Positions 18,584 through 25,138 of a DNA stretch of 35,232 bases are shown here, one piece after another. The notes below the pieces were generated by a model. That model made no database searches. It saw nothing but the letters and a program-made list of their open reading frames with translations, and was not told where the DNA came from. Numbering within the stretch: the stretch's first letter is position 1; each line of letters opens with the position of its first letter. The translations under genes were made by a program, and so were the position numbers. Source of the stretch: a virus (taxonomy: Duplodnaviria > Caudoviricetes); the IMG/VR virus record IMGVR_UViG_3300030207_002643, positions 1 to 35,232 of that record, one strand, 5' to 3'.

Positions 18584-18910
18584 ATGGAAGGCGAAGTGTT
18601 GCAACTGTTAATGAGTGGTGGTGCCAATGTAGCATTCGCTATTTTTCTATACTCACAAAACAAGGACCTTCAACGTCGTGCTGACGAGCGTGAAGCCAAA
18701 GCAGAAGTTAAAGAGCAAGAGTTGCGTGCCAGATACGACAGTGTAATCAAAGACATGCAAGAAAAAGAAGAGACAATACGCGAAACCATCGTGCAGGAAA
18801 TGGCTGACCTGGACAAACGTATGTCATTATTAGAGCAAAGTGTATCAACATTGAGTACAATGATTAGTGAGATAAAAGCATCATTAATCAGGGTGGACAA
18901 TGCCAGTTAA
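18584..18910 (+). CDS. Holin-like protein (single N-terminal TM helix plus coiled coil, BhlA/UviB-like)
   Basis: Start moved from 18536 to ATG 18584, which has a GGAGGT RBS while the upstream part is the terminator. 'LLMSGGANVAFAIFLY' then coiled coil. Confidence 0.5.
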   Translation: MEGEVLQLLMSGGANVAFAIFLYSQNKDLQRRADEREAKAEVKEQELRARYDSVIKDMQEKEETIRETIVQEMADLDKRMSLLEQSVSTLSTMISEIKASLIRVDNAS

Positions 18911-19184
18911 AAAGAAACGGACTCCAGCACGTGGTAAAAGATTCGTCAAGGTTGTTAAGAATAAGAAGACTGGTCGCACGAAACGTGTGTCCTATGGGCA
19001 GGCAGGCAAGTCGAAGAGTGGCACGGATCGTATACAGCCAGGGACAAAGAAAGGAGACTCCTATTGCGCACGCAGTGCAGGAATCAAGAAACGATTGTCT
19101 CCAAAGAAACGCAACGACCCGAATACCCCCAACAACCTATCACGTAAAAAATGGAAATGTCGCGGTAAAAAAAGTATGCGTTAG
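18900..19184 (+). CDS. Small highly basic phage protein (DUF6321-like)
   Basis: 94 aa, K/R-rich, 'SYCARSAG...P...SRKKWKC' motif familiar from aquatic phages. Confidence 0.6.
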   Translation: MPVKKKRTPARGKRFVKVVKNKKTGRTKRVSYGQAGKSKSGTDRIQPGTKKGDSYCARSAGIKKRLSPKKRNDPNTPNNLSRKKWKCRGKKSMR

Positions 19185-19240
19185 CGTGTATCTTCAGGTA
19201 TACTTATACGTATAAATAAACCCAGTTAAAGGAAATAACC

Positions 19241-19414
19241 ATGAATCAAGATTTACTAGCTCTAACGCCTGAACTGGTGTTGTTTGTCAAAAAACTTGTT
19301 ATGCATAGCCGTGGCGGTTTGACTAAAGATGAACGACAAGAGTTGGCGGCTGACCTTATCCAGTTGTTATACAAGGTTCTAAAAGAACTCGTTGACGTAG
19401 ACGAGCAGTCCTAA
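19241..19414 (+). CDS. Small helical protein, 57 aa (not in ORF track)
   Basis: AAAGGA RBS; MNQDLLALTPELVLFVKKLVMHSRGGLTKDERQELAADLIQLLYKVLKELVDVDEQS; last gene before the terminator. Confidence 0.7.
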   Translation: MNQDLLALTPELVLFVKKLVMHSRGGLTKDERQELAADLIQLLYKVLKELVDVDEQS

Positions 19415-19438
19415 GTTTCTGACACCAAACTTACTTCT

Positions 19439-19473
19439 GGAGTTCAGGTCTAGCCAGCATCTGAACTCCTTTT
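19439..19473 (+). terminator. Terminator at the convergence of late and early arms
   Basis: GGAGTTCAG...CTGAACTCC 9-bp stem followed by TTTTGTATTTTT. Confidence 0.75.
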
Positions 19474-19740
19474 GTATTTTTTACGCCACCTGGTTTCAAC
19501 CATTTTCATCTCATCTAGTGATGTGATAGCCTCAAACATAAGTTGTGTTGGGCTTCGGTTTTCTTTGTTAGCAATAACAGTTACCAATACGATTAGATTG
19601 CTCATCCGTGGTTCGTACGCACCAGTTAGGTATTTGTTAATGGTGTTAACATGTAGCCCTGCTCTATCAGCCATGTATGTTGTGCTAATCGAGTTACGGT
19701 GCATGGCTTTATTCAGCCAAATGCCAAATCCCTTAATCAT
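19450..19740 (-). CDS. XRE/Cro-like helix-turn-helix protein
   Basis: 'ISTTYMADRAGLHVNTINKYLTGAYEPRMSNL'. Probable start ATG 19740 after GGTGGTG. Confidence 0.75.
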   Translation of the reverse strand: MIKGFGIWLNKAMHRNSISTTYMADRAGLHVNTINKYLTGAYEPRMSNLIVLVTVIANKENRSPTQLMFEAITSLDEMKMVETRWRKKYKRSSDAG

Positions 19741-19759
19741 CACCACCACCAATAGAATA

Positions 19760-19781
19760 GGGTAGGGAACCACCCCTACCC
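19760..19781 (-). terminator. Hairpin, possible weak terminator/attenuator between two HTH genes
   Basis: GGGTAGGG-aaccac-CCCTACCC perfect 8-bp stem, followed on the - strand by TATTCTATT. Confidence 0.4.
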
Positions 19782-19818
19782 AAACCTACCATGCACGGAG
19801 CATGTAAAATACTATAAC

Positions 19819-20034
19819 TCATTTTTCTGACTCTATCAAGACACTGAAGTGTAAAAATGCCTGTTCCCAATCTTCAGGGTACAAATACACACACATGCGC
19901 ATTAAAAGAACAACACTAGGCACTTGTTTTCCTTGCAGCCATTTTGCTATAGTGTCACGGTGACATCCAATAGCCGAAGCAAGTTCGGATTTGTTTACGG
20001 TTGATAAAGTTTCCTTTAGTTGTGTTGCAAACAT
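19819..20034 (-). CDS. XRE/Cro-like helix-turn-helix protein
   Basis: 'NKSELASAIGCHRDTIAKWLQGKQVPS'. Start ATG 20034 with GGAGGT RBS. Confidence 0.8.
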   Translation of the reverse strand: MFATQLKETLSTVNKSELASAIGCHRDTIAKWLQGKQVPSVVLLMRMCVYLYPEDWEQAFLHFSVLIESEK

Positions 20035-20807
20035 GATACCTCCAATAGTCCACTGTTGGCTATTTGTTTTCCAATCCACTCTGCGCACTGTGGGACGACT
20101 GCGTTTCCGAGTGCTCTAAGTCTGTCCACCCGATTGGGAATCCCATCATCTCTTCGACAAACTGGGGATTGAGTTGGAAATCCTTGCCAGTACGCCTTGC
20201 TTGTGCTTCCAGACATCTGCTTGCTTGGCTGTTGCCCTTCAGTCTGTACTTGTGTTCGTGTGCTGATGGTGTTGGCAAAAGCGAGTTCGTTGCGAAGATA
20301 GTATCCAATGGTGCTGGGGTAAGCGACTGCAAACCATCGCTTTCGCAAGTGGGGTGCTCCACATTGTGCAGCTGATATAATCGTCCACTCGCAGTCATAC
20401 CCGATTGCGGTAAGGCTTCCAACAACGTCGGGTCCGCCCACTCGAAGGATGTTTGCGACGTTTTCCAACACCAAGATTGGCTGTCGTCCGATTGACTGAA
20501 ACTCGCTAACAAGCCGGTGGACGTTCCACCATAGACCAGACTTTTCCTCATCTTCTAACCCCTTCATTTTACCAGCAATACTAATCGATTGGCACGGAAA
20601 CCCTGCGCATAGTATGTCTACTGGCTCTAGGTTGTGTGCACCTACTGTACGTACATCATCATAGATAGGTACGCTCCAATGTTTACGTAAGACTTTTTGG
20701 CAATAGGCGTTTTGTTCCACCTGCCATACAGTATGGAGGTTGGGGATGGAACGTACCAACCCCATTTCTAGACCTCCAATGCCACTAAAAAGACTACCTA
20801 GTTTCAT
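20016..20807 (-). CDS. DNA (cytosine-5)-methyltransferase, alpha chain lacking motif IX
   Basis: Motif I LFSGIGG, IV GFPCQ, VI ENV, VIII PHLRKRWF, X RLRALGNAVVP. Only 263 aa, and no motif IX is recognisable in this frame. Confidence 0.92.
   Translation of the reverse strand: MKLGSLFSGIGGLEMGLVRSIPNLHTVWQVEQNAYCQKVLRKHWSVPIYDDVRTVGAHNLEPVDILCAGFPCQSISIAGKMKGLEDEEKSGLWWNVHRLVSEFQSIGRQPILVLENVANILRVGGPDVVGSLTAIGYDCEWTIISAAQCGAPHLRKRWFAVAYPSTIGYYLRNELAFANTISTRTQVQTEGQQPSKQMSGSTSKAYWQGFPTQSPVCRRDDGIPNRVDRLRALGNAVVPQCAEWIGKQIANSGLLEVSCLQHN
20060..20551 (-). CDS. Nested alternative-frame methyltransferase beta chain (motif IX)
   Basis: 163-aa ORF wholly inside the MTase gene, same strand, different frame. 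AAGGGG upstream of the ATG. Contains 'LLPTP' and 'LNPQFVEEMMGFPIGWTD' (motif IX-like). Confidence 0.75.
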   Translation of the reverse strand: MRKSLVYGGTSTGLLASFSQSDDSQSWCWKTSQTSFEWADPTLLEALPQSGMTASGRLYQLHNVEHPTCESDGLQSLTPAPLDTIFATNSLLPTPSAHEHKYRLKGNSQASRCLEAQARRTGKDFQLNPQFVEEMMGFPIGWTDLEHSETQSSHSAQSGLENK

Positions 20808-21379
20808 TTCATCGGTGCTGTTTCAAATAGTTTTTGCAGGTATGACATAGTACTACGTGAGACTTTGTACTTATCTCGCAACTTCTTAGGGTCATTACCT
20901 CTGGCAACCCAATGGCAGACCTCCTCATAGTTGGGGAGTTTTTCACTGAACCATGGCTTGTCATCGTCATCGTACTTGGATGGTGAACGGTTCCCTTGCA
21001 TACTGTCTACGGCTTTGTTGCCATCGTCATCTTCATCTGTGATGATGTCTAGCAGTGCAGCCACAGCATAGCGTTTTGCATAAGTGATAGCAGAGCCAAG
21101 TGCCTGCATATCATTGCGTTGTACAATGAGGTTGTAGGTACTGGAGATGGACTGTCCAGTCTCTGCATGAATGAGTGATGACGTCATCGTGTTGTTCTCT
21201 CCTAGTTGATGTACGATGACTAGTCCAGCATCTGCTAGTGGTTTGCGAATGGCTTTCTGTATGTCAGTCAAACTGGCATATTTTGATTTGAATCGTGGGT
21301 TGACAGCTGACATGACGACAGCACCACTGTTTCTTTGAAATTGAAGAATGGCTTGATAGATTGAATTATTGTTCTGCAT
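20804..21379 (-). CDS. erf: ERF-family single-strand annealing protein
   Basis: 'NPRFKSKYASLTDI' and 'MQALGSAITYAKRYAVAALLDI..DEDDDG' ERF signature; AGGAG RBS. Confidence 0.92.
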   Translation of the reverse strand: MQNNNSIYQAILQFQRNSGAVVMSAVNPRFKSKYASLTDIQKAIRKPLADAGLVIVHQLGENNTMTSSLIHAETGQSISSTYNLIVQRNDMQALGSAITYAKRYAVAALLDIITDEDDDGNKAVDSMQGNRSPSKYDDDDKPWFSEKLPNYEEVCHWVARGNDPKKLRDKYKVSRSTMSYLQKLFETAPMK

Positions 21380-21851
21380 GGTTTTCTCCTAATGCTCCAT
21401 CCATCCAGTCCATTAGTGCACCGACAGATGTGTTTTCGTGGTATTTCATTTCATTTTTTTGATATAGTGTAACGTCTAAATATGCGATGTCGTTAACGTC
21501 GTTTGATATGTAGAGGATGTGGTGATGTCCACGTTGGCAGTAGAACGGGTGCATCCATCCACGCTCCCCATTGAAGTTGGGTGGTGTGGTTTCGGGACAG
21601 TGCAACCATCCCAAACGCTCCAGTTCGTTGCGGTAGGTGTCCATCTGCATCTGCAGATTGCGCCATTGTTCGCTGTATGGTGTAGGGTTGCCTGGTACGC
21701 ACCGTTCTCCATACCACTCCTCAATCATTTCGGTGATTGGATGTTGCGCGTCGATGGCAACCAATATGGTGTGCGCTTTCTGCAGGGTTGATTTGGTTGC
21801 GTTGTCTTTGACCTTGTCAATGACATGTTGTAATTGTTCTAAGAAGAACAT
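21366..21851 (-). CDS. Hypothetical protein
   Basis: Start moved to ATG 21851 (AGGAG RBS, removes overlap with the upstream gene); 161 aa. Confidence 0.65.
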   Translation of the reverse strand: MFFLEQLQHVIDKVKDNATKSTLQKAHTILVAIDAQHPITEMIEEWYGERCVPGNPTPYSEQWRNLQMQMDTYRNELERLGWLHCPETTPPNFNGERGWMHPFYCQRGHHHILYISNDVNDIAYLDVTLYQKNEMKYHENTSVGALMDWMDGALGENHAEQ

Positions 21852-21876
21852 TTTATACTCCTGGGTTGTTGGTAGG

Positions 21877-22602
21877 TTACCAGATACAGTCATCAGGTTT
21901 TGTATCTGTGTTGTTAGTATAGTGATTTGTCTGCGGTTTGTCAACAGTTCGTTGCATCGGAACTGGGTTGGTGTCGCCAGGTACGAAGCGACCGTCAATC
22001 ATGGTTTTTGCAATCTCCATATAAGGATTGGCTAAACCCTCGTGCGCACGTTTTTGTTGCACACGCTTCATTCTCTCGTAGTTTTGTGGCTCACGTTGTT
22101 GCATGCTAAGGATTGGCATTCTGCCATCTGTCATGTGCCAGGCTTTGACGGTAATACGAGCATCGTGCATCATTTTAGTTTGCAATGCATCCCACGTTCC
22201 CATATGAGGGTATTTTGAGGCAGCTCCATCGCAAGTGCATCGTGCTACACATCTATGAACCTTGAATCGCTTGTCAGCCAGGATTATGAAGTGGGCTGAA
22301 ATCTCACGTATACCTTCACGCTGTAGGCAGTCGTCGCAGAACTTGTACTCCTTGAGTTCCATGCCGGTGCCACCCAGTTCACGAATCACTTCTTTGACTT
22401 CCTCTAGGACATGTCCCAAAGTCGGTGGATACTGGTGCTTCTTCATACATACATTTAGAATTGCTTTGTGCAAATGCACATCCTTAACTCGCTCCAAACC
22501 TGCATCCCACACTGGATGCACCTGACTCTTCCACTCGTCTTTTTTGTTGAACGTTGCCGCAAACATGTCGAGTGCGATGTCGAGCATATGTTTGTTAGCC
22601 AT
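21877..22602 (-). CDS. Putative replication protein (helicase loader/inhibitor-like N-terminus, CxxC...CxC)
   Basis: 'W...L..V....L..AI......YPPTLGHV' helical motif followed by CDDC and CTC. GGAGGT RBS at ATG 22602. Follows the initiator-like gene. Confidence 0.5.
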   Translation of the reverse strand: MANKHMLDIALDMFAATFNKKDEWKSQVHPVWDAGLERVKDVHLHKAILNVCMKKHQYPPTLGHVLEEVKEVIRELGGTGMELKEYKFCDDCLQREGIREISAHFIILADKRFKVHRCVARCTCDGAASKYPHMGTWDALQTKMMHDARITVKAWHMTDGRMPILSMQQREPQNYERMKRVQQKRAHEGLANPYMEIAKTMIDGRFVPGDTNPVPMQRTVDKPQTNHYTNNTDTKPDDCIW

Positions 22603-23326
22603 TGTTACCTCCAATAATGTTGCCGTTTTCATCAAATGTTGGAATGGCTCTAGACGGTCGCTGTGCGCTAGTTGGTAGCGCAGGTAGGGGTTTCTGTTGG
22701 GACAGTGCGTAGTTTGCGTCTATCTTTCTTGAAGACACTACTACAGCAGGGTTTACCATGCCCCTACTTCGTAGGTATACAGCACGGTAGTGGTCACTGG
22801 TAAATAGCCAATCGAACACTGCCTGCGCTTTGTCAATCGTACCAGTTCGAACAACCTTGGCTAGTGTACCTAGGTCAATGCTGCTGACTAGGGACAACTG
22901 TCCACCATTTTTCTCATACAAATCCATCCAATATCCAAATAGTTTGAGCAGTGGTTCGTTTGTTTTGCAGTAGTCAAACAGTGCGATTTTCACAGACGGG
23001 TCAACTGGTATTGGGTTGTCATTTATAATTAAAACATTTTTCTCACCAACAACAGCATCACTATTATTTTTAGTGGTGTTTGTAGGGTTTGAATTTCTAT
23101 GCTCTGCTATATTAGTACTATTAGTACTATTAGTACTATTAGTGCAAGATTCGTGCCAAACTTGTTGCAGTCGTAGGATTTCCTCTGCAGTCTCGGTGAC
23201 AGCGACCTTTGCTATCCCACCCTCGAATACAATCTCAGTACCCAACTTGTTTGGCACAGTGTAGATTATTGTCGATAGGTTAACGAGAGTTTTCTGTTTG
23301 GATGAAATCAGTGTTAATAAAATCAT
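22595..23326 (-). CDS. Putative replication initiator-like protein with FlbD-like N-terminus
   Basis: GGAG RBS before ATG 23326. Low-complexity TNS linker with a DNA tandem repeat, helical C-terminal domain, positioned upstream of the loader-like gene. Confidence 0.45.
   Translation of the reverse strand: MILLTLISSKQKTLVNLSTIIYTVPNKLGTEIVFEGGIAKVAVTETAEEILRLQQVWHESCTNSTNSTNSTNIAEHRNSNPTNTTKNNSDAVVGEKNVLIINDNPIPVDPSVKIALFDYCKTNEPLLKLFGYWMDLYEKNGGQLSLVSSIDLGTLAKVVRTGTIDKAQAVFDWLFTSDHYRAVYLRSRGMVNPAVVVSSRKIDANYALSQQKPLPALPTSAQRPSRAIPTFDENGNIIGGNNG
23110..23143. repeat. 9-bp tandem repeat (TATTAGTAC) x3.8
   Basis: TATTAGTAC TATTAGTAC TATTAGTAC TATTAGT, encoding TNSTNSTN on the - strand. Confidence 0.95.
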
Positions 23327-23541
23327 ATTAAACTCCATACGCTACCAGTTGCATAGAGGTTCCATTTAAATGGAACGCCGTCAAATGACACGATATATTG
23401 AAAATAGTTTTGGTGAAAAATTGAATCTAAAATCTCGTCAATTTTTCTAATACCATCATCGTCTACATACAGTCTGGTGCTAACTACACCATCCTCGAAT
23501 CGTGGTGTCCCAACCTCGATGTTAATCCATATCTGTTTCAT
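23323..23541 (-). CDS. Hypothetical protein
   Basis: 72 aa, GGGAG RBS, ATGA-type overlaps with both neighbours. Confidence 0.65.
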   Translation of the reverse strand: MKQIWINIEVGTPRFEDGVVSTRLYVDDDGIRKIDEILDSIFHQNYFQYIVSFDGVPFKWNLYATGSVWSLI

Positions 23542-23960
23542 AGTTTATCTCCCTGCTCTACAATTTGTAGGTCATCAATCGTTGTCAGGTCTGAAACAAC
23601 AGTCTCCAAGGTTTCTGCGTTCACAGGAAACCATCGTTGTACACCAGACTCGTATGTTATTATGAGAATCTTTTTGTATGCCATTGGCGGTGGCGATTGG
23701 TTGACGACTGAGTCGTTAGACATCCACGAATTTATGGCGTCTATTTCTAGTCCAGAAATTTTGTGAGCTCTGTACACATCAAACTGCAATGCGAAATAGA
23801 CTGCTATATCTACTGTTTTATTTTTGGATGGTATGGTTCTGCCAGTCTCCCAAAAGCACAGGCTCCGTTGGCTAGTGCGCAGTACTTCGGCAAACTGTTT
23901 CTGAGTGTACCCCAATTCTTTTCGGGCTTTCCTAAATTTGGTTGGATTAAATAATGACAT
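23538..23960 (-). CDS. XRE-family HTH transcriptional regulator
   Basis: 'FRKARKELGYTQKQFAEVLRTSQRSLCFWETGRTIPS'; AGGAG RBS. Confidence 0.88.
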   Translation of the reverse strand: MSLFNPTKFRKARKELGYTQKQFAEVLRTSQRSLCFWETGRTIPSKNKTVDIAVYFALQFDVYRAHKISGLEIDAINSWMSNDSVVNQSPPPMAYKKILIITYESGVQRWFPVNAETLETVVSDLTTIDDLQIVEQGDKL

Positions 23961-23974
23961 GGTAGGCTCCTGTT

Positions 23975-24250
23975 TTAAATTTCGTTCTTTTCACTTTCTT
24001 CTAGGTACGCAATAGCCATGCGTAGACATCGTACATACAACATAGTTTCGGCTTTAAAAATTCTGCCGACCTGCGATTCGGGTACCTGTGTATGACACAG
24101 CACCTCAATAGGTTTGAAGTCTCGCAGCATAGTTTGCAGCTCTGATTTTGTAAAGTCTAAAACTAAATCTAGAACCAATTCTTTTATTGAACACAATTCT
24201 TCTTTCGTTAAGTCTTTTGTTAAGTCGTTCATTAAGTCGTTCATTTTCAT
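23975..24250 (-). CDS. Hypothetical protein
   Basis: 91 aa, GAGGAGG RBS. N-terminal 12-bp repeats (MNDL MNDL TKDL TKE). Confidence 0.65.
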   Translation of the reverse strand: MKMNDLMNDLTKDLTKEELCSIKELVLDLVLDFTKSELQTMLRDFKPIEVLCHTQVPESQVGRIFKAETMLYVRCLRMAIAYLEESEKNEI

Positions 24251-24253
24251 TGT

Positions 24254-24691
24254 TTATTCCTCCTCGTACTTTTTGAGAATAACTTGGGTTCTGCATACAG
24301 CACAGTCACATGGACACATGGATGGCATAATAAACTCATTGTCATACATTTCGTTAATATGGTATCCATCGGGTGCCTCATCATTAATTACGCAATCGAT
24401 GTCATAGTCCAATGAGCGTTCCATTGTTTCTATTTCTTGGTGTTTTGAGTGCAATCGCCTAAGCTCCAACTGCCGTATTTCTATCTCTATTTCTACTACA
24501 TTGATACGATGTTCATATGATTCTCTCACTTTGATTATTTGTTCGAGAGCCTCTTTGGCTTCTGGTATCGTGTGTTTAAGCATGGCTGGTTCCTCCTCGC
24601 ATGCAGGGCATCCGTCTACGGGATGGTAATACAGATTATGTCTAGGACAGTATCTGTTGTGTGAATGGTAATCGTCAGGTAGGTTTGACAT
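24254..24691 (-). CDS. Hypothetical Cys/His-rich coiled-coil protein
   Basis: 145 aa, AGGAG RBS; CPRH...CPAC, central coiled coil, CPCDCAVC. First gene of the leftward operon. Confidence 0.7.
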   Translation of the reverse strand: MSNLPDDYHSHNRYCPRHNLYYHPVDGCPACEEEPAMLKHTIPEAKEALEQIIKVRESYEHRINVVEIEIEIRQLELRRLHSKHQEIETMERSLDYDIDCVINDEAPDGYHINEMYDNEFIMPSMCPCDCAVCRTQVILKKYEEE

Positions 24692-24723
24692 GATGTACTC
24701 CTAGTAGTTATTGTTGGTAGGTT

Positions 24724-24742
24724 TATACAGTTCAACTGTATA
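24724..24742. promoter_or_regulatory. Perfect palindrome overlapping the predicted leftward transcription start (candidate operator)
   Basis: TATACAGTT-C-AACTGTATA. Confidence 0.55.
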
Positions 24743-24746
24743 TACA

Positions 24747-24775
24747 AATATACCATAGACAATATTATATGTCAA
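24747..24775 (-). promoter_or_regulatory. Sigma70-type leftward early promoter
   Basis: On the - strand TTGACA (24775-24770), 17-bp spacer, TG-G-TATATT (-10 at 24752-24747). Confidence 0.75.
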
Positions 24776-25082
24776 GGTTTATTTGAAAAATAAATAAAAT
24801 AAATACACCACTACTACTCACTCCAATGTCAAAAGTCACTCCAATGTCGGCGGCAGCCCCTCGCCCAAGGGGGGGGTGGAGGTTTGGCATATATATGATG
24901 TATATGGTTTTCGTATAATGTTGATATACTGGGATTTATTCGTGGTAATATTTGAGCGTAGAAACGATAAGCATCGTTTCGGAGCGAGCGAAATTTTTGC
25001 TATGAATAAAAAAAATCATAAAATCTGATATGTAACGAAATGTAAATACTGGTATTTTTTTCTGTGTTATGTCTATAGATTA

Positions 25083-25091
25083 TGTTATAAT
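25083..25091 (+). promoter_or_regulatory. Extended -10 promoter for the 25139 gene
   Basis: TG-T-TATAAT about 50 nt upstream of the ATG, followed by the inverted repeat TAGATAC-aagtc-GTATCTA (25097..25115). Confidence 0.6.
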
Positions 25092-25138
25092 ATATATAGA
25101 TACAAGTCGTATCTAACCTACCACTTACGGAGAAAAAA

